Source: Bacteroidota bacterium (GTDB lineage Bacteria > Bacteroidota > Bacteroidia > UKL13-3). From it: a stretch of 41,347 nt of DNA. Shown one piece after another: positions 24,850-33,012 of this stretch; the first letter of the stretch is position 1; each line of letters begins with the position of its first letter. The position numbers and the translations under genes are program-made. The notes beneath the pieces were generated by a model. That model saw nothing but the letters and a program-made list of their open reading frames with translations, made no database searches and was not told where the DNA came from. The stretch is taken from assembly GCA_040385895.1 (NCBI GenBank), contig JAZKGM010000184.1, forward strand, positions 1-41,347. The letters are read 5' to 3'.

Positions 24850-27111
24850 ATGAAAAAAAATATACAATTTCTCTTTTTATTGATCACACTTTTAACCGGG
24901 CATGCAGCATTCTCGCAAGGGGCTTCTGTTTCGGGGAAAGTGACCGATGCTTCGCTGCAACCGGTTTATGGTGCGGAGGTTTCCCTTAAAGAAACCAGCA
25001 TTAAAACCTTTACCGATTCGAACGGGGTGTTTGTATTAAACAACATCGGCAATGGAAAATATACGGTAAGCATCACCAGGCGTGGTTATGAACCACAACT
25101 CAAAAACATTGAAATAAAAAATAACAGGCCGGCTAACATTGCTTTCAACCTTAAAGCAGATTACCTCAACCTGAAAGAGGTAGTGATCACCGGGGATAAC
25201 AGCACACAGGCAAATACCATTGTTAACCGCATTGATATGCAGCTACGCCCGGTGAATTCATCGCAGGACCTGCTGCGCCTGGTACCGGGTTTATTTATAG
25301 CCCAGCATGCAGGCGGGGGAAAAGCCGAACAGATCTTTTTAAGGGGATTTGATGTGGACCATGGAACCGACTTTGCCATTTATGTAGACGGAATGCCGGT
25401 GAACATGCCTTCGCATGCCCACGGCCAGGGTTATGCCGACCTGCATTTCCTGATCCCTGAGACCGTGCGCGAACTGGAAGTGAACAAAGGTCCTTATGCC
25501 ACCAAATATGGCGACCTGGCTACATCCGGATCGGGAGAGTTTAAAACGCTGAATGCCTTAAGCAAAAACCAGGTGAAGCTTGAATATGGCATGTTCAACA
25601 CACAACGTATGCTGGGAATGTTTAATGTACTGGATAAAAAACACTTGTTCTCCAGGAAAAAAGAAAACCTGTATGTAGCAGGTGAGTACCGGTATTCGGA
25701 TTCCTATTTTCAAAGCTCGCAGGATTTTAAGCGTGTTAATTTATTTTCTAAATACACAGGCGTGCTTAACAACGGATCGCAGCTTTCCATCACACTCTCC
25801 ACGTTTCAAAGCAACTGGGATGCATCGGGCCAGATCCCGGATCGTAAGGTAAATGATGGCACCATCAGCCGTTTTGGAAGCATAGACAACACAGAAGGCG
25901 GAGAAACAGGCCGCACCAACTTTAATGTAACCTATACCAAGCCTTTAGAGAACGGTTCGTTCAAGAACCAGGTGTATTACAGCCGTTACGATTTTAAACT
26001 CTATTCCAACTTTACTTTCTTTTTAAATGATTCTGTAAATGGCGACCAGATCAAGCAGGAAGACCACCGAAACATTTATGGCTATACCAGTACCTTAAAC
26101 CTGAACAACTACCTGGGTTCAAAAAAACTAAGTTCAACTTTTGGCGCAGGGGTAAGGTATGATAATTCGAACATCAGCCTTGACCACACCGTAAAAAGGG
26201 AATTTTTAAATGAGATCGTAAGGGGAACACTGAACCAGGTGAATGCATGGGTTTATGTAGACGAGAACCTGGAACTAACATCTAAACTGAGGTTAAACCT
26301 TGGCTTAAGAGGAGATATATATAATTTCGATTTCAAGAACCAAACCGTTGATACCGCTTCGGGAAATGTAACCAAAGCTGTATTCAGTCCAAAGCTGAAC
26401 CTTTTTTATACGCTGAATCAATCTGTTCAGTTGTTCGCAAAATCAGGATATGGTTTTCACTCGAACGATGCAAGAGCAGTTGTTGTGGGGAAATTAGAAA
26501 ATACGCTGCCTAAAGCATTGGGCTATGAAGTGGGTTCTACTTTTAAATTGGGAAAACGGGCATTGGTGAACGTGGCTTTATGGGGCCTCGACCTGGAGAG
26601 TGAACTCGTATATGTAGGCGATGAAGGAATTGTGGAAGCAGCCGGAAGGTCGAGAAGGTTGGGTGTTGATTTTGGCGTGCGTTACCAGCTGACGCAGTAT
26701 TTATTTTTAGATGCTGATGTGAACATGAACAACGGACGTTTGCTGGATGAACCGGCAGGTGCGAACCGCATTCCGCTTGCACCAACATTTACCAGCATTG
26801 GTGGCATAAGCTATAAACGCCCGGCAGGGTTCAGCGGAAGCGTTCGCTACCGTTATATAGGCGATAGGGCTGCTACAGAAGATAATTCCATCATTGCACA
26901 TGGTTATTTTTTAGTGGATGCAGTGATCAACTACACAAAAGGAAATTACCAGTTTGGGCTAACAGCTGAAAACCTGTTGAACCGCGAATGGAAAGAGGCG
27001 CAGTTTGCAACAGAAAGCCGCCTGCAAAACGAAACCCAATCGGTTAACGAGATCCATTATACACCAGGCACACCTTTATTTATAAGAGGCAGTGTGAGTT
27101 ATTTTTTCTAG
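24850..27111 (+). CDS. TonB-dependent outer-membrane receptor (CarboxypepD_reg N-domain, plug, 22-strand barrel), non-SusC type
   Basis: Signal peptide MKKNIQFLFLLITLLTGHAAFSQ, then the SGKVTDA...GAEVSL...TDSNGVF.L.NI..GKYTVSI...GY carboxypeptidase-regulatory fold. Plug motifs are LLRLVPGLFIAQHAGGGKAEQIFLRGFD and DGMPVN. The C-terminus ends in an aromatic residue (...SVSYFF). No SusD partner gene follows. Start at ATG 24850 rather than TTG 24751. Confidence 0.9.
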   Translation: MKKNIQFLFLLITLLTGHAAFSQGASVSGKVTDASLQPVYGAEVSLKETSIKTFTDSNGVFVLNNIGNGKYTVSITRRGYEPQLKNIEIKNNRPANIAFNLKADYLNLKEVVITGDNSTQANTIVNRIDMQLRPVNSSQDLLRLVPGLFIAQHAGGGKAEQIFLRGFDVDHGTDFAIYVDGMPVNMPSHAHGQGYADLHFLIPETVRELEVNKGPYATKYGDLATSGSGEFKTLNALSKNQVKLEYGMFNTQRMLGMFNVLDKKHLFSRKKENLYVAGEYRYSDSYFQSSQDFKRVNLFSKYTGVLNNGSQLSITLSTFQSNWDASGQIPDRKVNDGTISRFGSIDNTEGGETGRTNFNVTYTKPLENGSFKNQVYYSRYDFKLYSNFTFFLNDSVNGDQIKQEDHRNIYGYTSTLNLNNYLGSKKLSSTFGAGVRYDNSNISLDHTVKREFLNEIVRGTLNQVNAWVYVDENLELTSKLRLNLGLRGDIYNFDFKNQTVDTASGNVTKAVFSPKLNLFYTLNQSVQLFAKSGYGFHSNDARAVVVGKLENTLPKALGYEVGSTFKLGKRALVNVALWGLDLESELVYVGDEGIVEAAGRSRRLGVDFGVRYQLTQYLFLDADVNMNNGRLLDEPAGANRIPLAPTFTSIGGISYKRPAGFSGSVRYRYIGDRAATEDNSIIAHGYFLVDAVINYTKGNYQFGLTAENLLNREWKEAQFATESRLQNETQSVNEIHYTPGTPLFIRGSVSYFF

Positions 27112-27140
27112 GATAGATCCGTATCATATTAATTTCTTCC

Positions 27141-27177
27141 AAGAAGCCTTAGTATCTGTGTTAAGGCTTCTTTTTTA
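27141..27177 (+). terminator. Rho-independent terminator after the TonB-dependent receptor
   Basis: 11-bp stem aagaagcctta / taaggcttctt with a 10-nt loop and a tttttt tail. Confidence 0.8.
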
Positions 27178-27314
27178 TGGGAAAAGAACACGTTCATAGA
27201 TCCCTGATCGCCCGTGCTGCTTTAAGCTAACGCCAAAAATGTTTCAGGCATGATTAAAAGAAACAAAAGCATTTTACTTACTTTGGATCTTACAGTTTTA
27301 GCGTAAAGTAACTT

Positions 27315-29450
27315 ATGGAAACAATCAATCACATCTGGAGCTTTTCAACAGTAGGCGGAGTTAAACGGGTTAACCTTGAATCCGGTACGGACCTGTTGCA
27401 CCTGGCTTCGTTAGACCAGAAATTATGGACAGCCCTGGGTTGCCCTGTGGAAGGCCTTGAAATAGACCGGGCCACGCTGCGGCTTATTGATAAAGATGGT
27501 GACGGACAGATCCGTGTACCGGAGGTGCTGACCGCAGTAAGCTGGGTGCTTAACATATTGAAAGATCCAGACGACCTGCTTAAACAGGATAACACACTTC
27601 CTCTTTCGGTGATCAGCAACGGAACCGAAGCGGGAAGGCAATTGCTGGCCTCGGCCAAAATTATATTGAGCAACCTGGGCAAACCCGATGCAGATCATTT
27701 AACCATTGAAGATACTTCTGATCTTGAAAAGATCTTTGCTTCCACACGTTTTAACGGGGATGGGATCATCACAGAAGATTCAGCCAATACCCCTCAAAGT
27801 GTTTTGCTTCTTAACGAGGTAATGGCCTGCATGGGCAGCCTTACCGACAGGGGAGGCAAGCAGGGTGTTGACCAGCCGATGCTTGAAAATTTCATACAGG
27901 CCTGTTATGCCTATAAAACATGGTTTGAAAGTGCTGATGATTCTGTCCGTCCCTTCGGTGCAGCTACCGGCCAGGCACACCTCGTTTACCAGAAAGTAAA
28001 AACCAAAATAGACGATTATTTTATCCGCAGCCACATGGCCGGGTACGACCCTGCATCGGCACATGTATTAAATGTACTGGTGGCGCAGGTGGAGGCAATA
28101 AGTCCAAAAGATCTTTCGGGCAGCCTAGAAGAAATTGCCGCCTATCCTTTGTCGAAAATTGAAGCGGGAATGCCTTTAAAATTAATAGAAAGCGTTAATC
28201 CTGCATGGCAAAATGAGCTTGCTTTGTTTAAGCAACAAGTAAGCGATCCCTTGTTTTCCGCTTCAGCCACACTTAGCGAAGCACAATGGAAAACAGTAAA
28301 AGCGCAGTTTGTGGCCTATGAAAAATGGATGGCCGAAAAGCAAGGTGCAGAAGCAGAGCTGCTAGGTATTTTAAGGGTCAATGAAATTATAGCCGGGAAT
28401 ACGGTGCAGGAGCTTTACCAGCTTGTGATGCAAGACAAAGAGCTGGAAGAAGAAGCCAACAATATGATCCTGGTTGACCAGCTGGTTCGCTATTACCGCG
28501 ATCTTTTTAAGCTGCTTAAAAACTTTGTTACCTTCTACGATTTTTATTCGCCCGGGCATAAAGCCATTTTCCAGGCCGGTACTTTGTTTATCGACCAGCG
28601 GAGCTGCGACCTGTGCATCCGTGTAAATGATATTGCCAGGCACGCTGAAATGTCTGCTTTCAGTGGCATGTTCTTAATGTATTGTGAATGCGCATCGCGT
28701 TCAACCAACGAAAAAATAACCATTGCAGTAGCACTCACCAATGGCGATATTGATAACCTGGTTCCGGGCCGCAATGCCATTTTTTACGACCGCAACGGAT
28801 TGGACTGGGATGCCACGGTTGTGAAAATAATTGATAACCCCATCAGCATGAAGCAGGCATTCTGGTCGCCATACCGCAAAGTTTCGCGGTTTATCGAAAC
28901 CCAGATCAATAAAGTGGCAGCAGCCCAGGACAATAAAGTAACTGGCGATGTAACCAAAGGGATTGAAGACACCAGGCTGAAAAATGAACCGGCTCAGGCA
29001 CCGCCACCACCTTTTGATGTAGGAAAATTCGTAGGGATCTTTGCGGCAATTGGTTTGGCATTGGGAGCAATAGGAACAGCAGTGGCATCGGTAATTGCAG
29101 GCTTTATGGGCCTGGCCTGGTGGAAAATGCCTATTGCAGTGCTGGGCATCATGCTGTTGATATCAGGCCCTGCAATGGTAATGGCTTATTTAAAATTAAG
29201 GAAGCGCAACCTTGCACCAATACTCGATGCAAATGGCTGGGCCGTAAATGCGAGTGCCGTTATTAATATCCAGTTCGGAAATACATTAACGCATATTGCC
29301 GAGCTACCTAAAGGGGCTAAGGTGAACCTGAATGATCCGTTCACCAAAAAGAAACGCCCGGTATTGCCAATGATCATCCTGGGCATCGTTGTCATCGCAC
29401 TTGTTCTTTATCTTTTAGACAGGTATGGTTTCATACAGGTCCATTTTTAA
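27315..29450 (+). CDS. Orphan 711-aa protein: N-terminal canonical EF-hand Ca2+-binding loop, large soluble body, three C-terminal TM segments
   Basis: DKDGDGQIRVPE (27489-27524) fits the 12-residue EF-hand loop D-x-D-x-D-G-x-I-x-x-x-E exactly. The C-terminus has hydrophobic stretches FVGIFAAIGLALGAIGTAVASVIAGF, MPIAVLGIMLLISGPAMVMAYL and VLPMIILGIVVIALVLYLL. I recognise no family for the remaining ~450 aa. Confidence 0.8.
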   Translation: METINHIWSFSTVGGVKRVNLESGTDLLHLASLDQKLWTALGCPVEGLEIDRATLRLIDKDGDGQIRVPEVLTAVSWVLNILKDPDDLLKQDNTLPLSVISNGTEAGRQLLASAKIILSNLGKPDADHLTIEDTSDLEKIFASTRFNGDGIITEDSANTPQSVLLLNEVMACMGSLTDRGGKQGVDQPMLENFIQACYAYKTWFESADDSVRPFGAATGQAHLVYQKVKTKIDDYFIRSHMAGYDPASAHVLNVLVAQVEAISPKDLSGSLEEIAAYPLSKIEAGMPLKLIESVNPAWQNELALFKQQVSDPLFSASATLSEAQWKTVKAQFVAYEKWMAEKQGAEAELLGILRVNEIIAGNTVQELYQLVMQDKELEEEANNMILVDQLVRYYRDLFKLLKNFVTFYDFYSPGHKAIFQAGTLFIDQRSCDLCIRVNDIARHAEMSAFSGMFLMYCECASRSTNEKITIAVALTNGDIDNLVPGRNAIFYDRNGLDWDATVVKIIDNPISMKQAFWSPYRKVSRFIETQINKVAAAQDNKVTGDVTKGIEDTRLKNEPAQAPPPPFDVGKFVGIFAAIGLALGAIGTAVASVIAGFMGLAWWKMPIAVLGIMLLISGPAMVMAYLKLRKRNLAPILDANGWAVNASAVINIQFGNTLTHIAELPKGAKVNLNDPFTKKKRPVLPMIILGIVVIALVLYLLDRYGFIQVHF

Positions 29451-29560
29451 AGGCATCGCTATAAGATCACGATCCTGGCGGAATGTTGTTAATGGTGTTG
29501 GTGTATTTAACGCATGACCAGCAGCCACAGGTTTGCAGCATTAAACTAAACCTTGCAGCA

Positions 29561-30067
29561 TTATAGATGATCCCACAATGTTGGGTTGTTTGTATTTTCG
29601 AGCCGGAGCAGTGTTGATTTGTTATGAAGCCCGCCCCCGAATCCAACCAGTTTTCCGGAAGCGCCAATCACCCTATGACAGGGAACAATGATCGAAACAG
29701 GATTTTTATTGGCTGCCATTCCCACTGCCCGCATGGCTTCCGGGTTATTGATCTGTTTTGCGATCTCCCCGTAAGTACGGGTTTCCCCGAATGGTATCGT
29801 TAATAAAGCTTCCCACACTTTTTTCTGGAATGCTGTTCCGGTAAGGTCCAGTTCAATAGTGAATATCCGCCTCTTTTTTTCAAAGAACTCCACCAGTTGT
29901 TTTTCTGTTTCAACCAGAACAGGATGGGTATGGTTTTCAATCCCTGTTTCCACCTCGGCTCTTTGCTGGTCATCACTTTCCCACAATACTGCCGCAAGCC
30001 CCTTATCATTTGCAATAAGCGTTAGCTCACCAACAGGGGAATTTATTTTTTTACAGCAGTATTCCAT
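29561..30067 (-). CDS. ogt: Methylated-DNA--protein-cysteine methyltransferase (O6-alkylguanine DNA alkyltransferase)
   Basis: Active-site motif IIVPCHRVIGASGKLVGFGGG plus FQKKVWEALLTIPFGETRTYGEIA. Confidence 0.92.
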   Translation of the reverse strand: MEYCCKKINSPVGELTLIANDKGLAAVLWESDDQQRAEVETGIENHTHPVLVETEKQLVEFFEKKRRIFTIELDLTGTAFQKKVWEALLTIPFGETRTYGEIAKQINNPEAMRAVGMAANKNPVSIIVPCHRVIGASGKLVGFGGGLHNKSTLLRLENTNNPTLWDHL

Positions 30068-30089
30068 TTTTTCTTTTTTAAACCTGCTA

Positions 30090-30662
30090 TCAACGGATAT
30101 CGAGCTTGTATTTATGCAGCAGACCCGACAGGTTATGCGATGAGAACCGCGCTTTGGTTACGGTGTTCTTTTCTGGGTCGATAGAGAAATTGACCGCAGA
30201 CCTTAGATCGGCTTGCGAAAGGGTTGTTGCGTCAAATGTTGCATTCAACAGGTCGCAATCATCAAACAGGCCCTTGGTCAGATCGGCTTGTGTAAAATCA
30301 ACGCTTTCGAGCTTGCAGCGGTTAAAGATGGTTTGCCTGATCTTGAGCTGGTAGAACGAAGAAAAATTCAACGTACAGTTTTCGAAACCGAACGAGACCA
30401 GGAATGTATTGCATTCGTCAAAGCGCAGGCCCAGCATTTTACAATGGTTGAATTTTATGTCCCTGATGGTAGCACCCTTTAGTTTGGCCAGGCTCAGGTC
30501 GCAGTGCTCAAATACACACTCGCTGAATATAAGCCTGCTCAGGTCTGCATTGGCAAAACTACATTCAATGAACGTACAGTTTTCATATTCCTTTCCCGGC
30601 AACGGGGTTGCACCAAAGTTCTCCCCTTTAAAAGTGGCATTGCTTATATAATCTGCGTGCAT
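30090..30662 (-). CDS. Pentapeptide-repeat protein (Qnr/MfpA/McbG-like size and layout)
   Basis: About 190 aa made almost entirely of A(D/N)LxX-type pentapeptides (CTFIECSFANADLSRLIFSECVFEHCDLSLAKLKGATIRDIKFNHCKM...VDFTQADLTKGLFDDCDLLNATFDATTLSQADLRSA). Start at ATG 30662 (MHADY). Confidence 0.85.
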   Translation of the reverse strand: MHADYISNATFKGENFGATPLPGKEYENCTFIECSFANADLSRLIFSECVFEHCDLSLAKLKGATIRDIKFNHCKMLGLRFDECNTFLVSFGFENCTLNFSSFYQLKIRQTIFNRCKLESVDFTQADLTKGLFDDCDLLNATFDATTLSQADLRSAVNFSIDPEKNTVTKARFSSHNLSGLLHKYKLDIR

Positions 30663-30668
30663 AGTATG

Positions 30669-30703
30669 ATAAAAATAAAAGCTGCACGGCAACATGCAGC
30701 TTT
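30669..30703 (-). terminator. Terminator of fabD (minus strand)
   Basis: 9-bp stem aaagctgca / tgcagcttt with an 8-nt loop. On the minus strand it is followed by atttttatc. It ends ~7 nt before the pentapeptide-gene ATG. Confidence 0.6.
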
Positions 30704-30726
30704 AAAAGGCATTAATTCGTTTTGGT

Positions 30727-31605
30727 CTATAGCGCTGAAGTAACCGCGTCTTTATGGATCTTTTTAACAAGGCCTTGCAATACATTTCCGGGCCCGCACT
30801 CTATAAACTCGCTTGCCCCGCCTGCCACCATCGCCTGCACGCTTTGGGTCCATTTTACAGGTGCAGTAAGTTGTGCGATCAGGTTATTTTTTATTTCATC
30901 CACATTGGTAATGGCGGTTGCTGTTACATTCTGGTAAACAGCACAAACCGGTGTGTTAAACTGTGTTGATCTTATAGCCGCTTCCAGCTCCAAACGCGCA
31001 GGTTCCATCAATGGCGAATGAAAAGCGCCACCAACCGGTAATACCAAAGCACGCTTGGCACCTGCCGCTTTCAGTTGTTCGCAGGCTGCATTTACCCCGT
31101 CAAGCGAACCTGAAATAACCAGCTGGCCCGGGCAGTTATAGTTGGCCGGAACCACCACACCTGCTGTAATTGCTGCACATACTTCTTCCACTTTTGCATC
31201 CTCGAGCCCAAGCACTGCGGCCATTGTTCCAGGCTGGATCTCGCAGGCTTTTTGCATGGCATTGGCACGTTGTGCCACCAGTTTTAAACCGTCTTCAAAG
31301 CTCAGGGTCTTGTTAGCAACCAGTGCACTGAATTCGCCAAGCGAATGCCCGGCTACCATATCGGGGCTGAATGATCCGTCCGCCACCAGCGCTTTAATTA
31401 CCGAATGAAGAAAAATAGCCGGTTGCGTAACTTTGGTTTGCCTCAGCGCTTCATCCGTTCCGTTGAACATGATATCCGTAATGCGAAACCCTAAAATTTC
31501 ATTGGCTTTTTCAAACAGGTTTTTTGCCGTTTCGTTGCTTTCATATAGCTCTTTACCCATGCCCACAAACTGTGAGCCTTGTCCCGGGAATACGTATGCT
31601 TTCAT
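30727..31605 (-). CDS. fabD: Malonyl CoA-acyl carrier protein transacylase
   Basis: MKAYVFPGQGSQFVGMG, active-site GHSLGEFSAL, and VLPVGGAFHSPLM. Start at ATG 31605. Confidence 0.95.
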   Translation of the reverse strand: MKAYVFPGQGSQFVGMGKELYESNETAKNLFEKANEILGFRITDIMFNGTDEALRQTKVTQPAIFLHSVIKALVADGSFSPDMVAGHSLGEFSALVANKTLSFEDGLKLVAQRANAMQKACEIQPGTMAAVLGLEDAKVEEVCAAITAGVVVPANYNCPGQLVISGSLDGVNAACEQLKAAGAKRALVLPVGGAFHSPLMEPARLELEAAIRSTQFNTPVCAVYQNVTATAITNVDEIKNNLIAQLTAPVKWTQSVQAMVAGGASEFIECGPGNVLQGLVKKIHKDAVTSAL

Positions 31606-31700
31606 TGTTTTGTGTTTTTGCAGCTGCAAGTAATAAAAACTTCGGGCAAAAAAATAACCGGAGTTGTTCACGTCCGGTTACTAATATTTTTGAGGAGTTT

Positions 31701-32324
31701 CTAATTAAACATCTTCAGGTCGTTCAATGCTTTTTCCAGGTCGGCAGTAGCAATCACGTGTTTGCGCTTGCCCACCCAAAGCGTGCATTCAACAGGTTTT
31801 TCGGTTGCTGTTCTTTTTTCAAGGCTTAAAATAATATCCGAGGCAATGGTGTAATCGATATAAACCACTTCGCCCATACCCGGCCGGGCAGATGCATATT
31901 GTGCTTTCAACCCGCTCATGGCGTCAGCAAGCATGGCAGCCCTTCCTGCCGTAACATGGGTAAAAAATATAGAAAGATCGCCCATCTGGCGGATAAAATC
32001 ATCGCCACGTACACGGCTGTAAAGGTCGTTCACGTCAAAAGAATAAAGGCTGTCGTGGATATAGAACGATTTGGCCACTTTATGCGAACCGATCACCAGG
32101 TATTTTACCGAGTCTCTTTTAAAAGCCACGAGTTCGATCTGCGCCTTATTTGTTCTTTCGTTCACACGCAAAAGCAACTTGCTTTTTGACGTGCTGTTTT
32201 GCCCTGCTTTATGGGTTTCAACCTCATTCTTTAAATAATAGTCGTAAACATTGGTTACAGAGCTGGAACAAGATGCTAAAACGGTAAGCGTTAAAATGGC
32301 CAGGCCTTTAAAAATCGATTTCAT
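31701..32324 (-). CDS. Hypothetical lipoprotein
   Basis: Lipobox LTVLASC|SSS; 207-aa clean ORF; no recognised family. Confidence 0.65.
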   Translation of the reverse strand: MKSIFKGLAILTLTVLASCSSSVTNVYDYYLKNEVETHKAGQNSTSKSKLLLRVNERTNKAQIELVAFKRDSVKYLVIGSHKVAKSFYIHDSLYSFDVNDLYSRVRGDDFIRQMGDLSIFFTHVTAGRAAMLADAMSGLKAQYASARPGMGEVVYIDYTIASDIILSLEKRTATEKPVECTLWVGKRKHVIATADLEKALNDLKMFN

Positions 32325-32455
32325 GATCAGGGTTAATACTTGTATTGAATCAAATATAATGGTTTTTGTATGAAGTGCAAGAAAGGCCGTAGTTTATAGC
32401 AAGCAGCTTATAGGGCGTGGTTATTAGGATGCGATGGCAATCCCGGCACCCGGTA

Positions 32456-32878
32456 TTATTCCCCGTAATATTCCACGAACTGTCGTTCGGTTTCGTATAG
32501 CTTTATGCAATGCAGGTTTCCATCCGTAATAAGCGGCTCAAGCTGCTCCCAGATCTCCACCACCAGGTTTTCGATAGAAGCGATCTTGCCCTGCATAAAA
32601 TCCACATCCTGGTTAATATTCTTATGGTCTATCTTGTCAACCACATATTCATTGATAATGTCTTTCAGCTTTTTAAGGTCCATCACCATTCCTGTTTCCG
32701 GGTTCGCAATACCTTTAATCGTTACGTACATATCAAAATTATGCCCGTGGTAGAACTTATTGGAGCATTTGCCAAAGAAGGCTTCGTTCTGCTCTTCGCT
32801 CCAGTTCGGGTTATACAGCCTATGAGCCGCATTAAAATGCACCTTACGGGTAATGTATACTGTTCTCTTTTTCTGCAT
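32456..32878 (-). CDS. queD: 6-carboxy-5,6,7,8-tetrahydropterin synthase (PTPS family, queuosine biosynthesis)
   Basis: FNAAHRLYNP...FGKCSN..YHGHNFDMYVTIKG...TGMVMDLKKLK; the His triad and the size (140 aa) are typical of QueD/PTPS. Confidence 0.88.
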   Translation of the reverse strand: MQKKRTVYITRKVHFNAAHRLYNPNWSEEQNEAFFGKCSNKFYHGHNFDMYVTIKGIANPETGMVMDLKKLKDIINEYVVDKIDHKNINQDVDFMQGKIASIENLVVEIWEQLEPLITDGNLHCIKLYETERQFVEYYGE

Positions 32879-32898
32879 TATGGCTTAAAAACGAGGCG

Positions 32899-32906
32899 CA
32901 AATATA
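32899..32906 (-). promoter_or_regulatory. -7 promoter element (TATATTTG) for queD
   Basis: The reverse complement of caaatata is TATATTTG, located 21 nt upstream of ATG 32878. Confidence 0.55.
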
Positions 32907-32959
32907 CAAACGGAAAAACATCAAACGCAAACATTTGGATGCAAACTTCAAATTGATTA

Positions 32960-32987
32960 GATATTAGGCTTAATATCTGTATTTTTG
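32960..32987 (+). promoter_or_regulatory. Perfect 8-bp-arm palindrome abutting the hldD -7 element (TATTTTTG)
   Basis: agatatta-ggct-taatatct (32960-32979) is immediately followed by TATTTTTG (32980-32987), 26 nt upstream of ATG 33013. Confidence 0.45.
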
Positions 32988-33012
32988 GGCAATATTGATC
33001 TGTTTTTAAGTT

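Noticed and set aside
29533-29563. 11-nt direct repeat ttgcagcatta occurring twice, 20 nt apart, at the ogt 3' end
   Set aside because: It is short, occurs only twice, and the second copy overlaps the ogt stop codon. It is most likely chance or a remnant of a weak terminator, and there is not enough evidence for a functional call.
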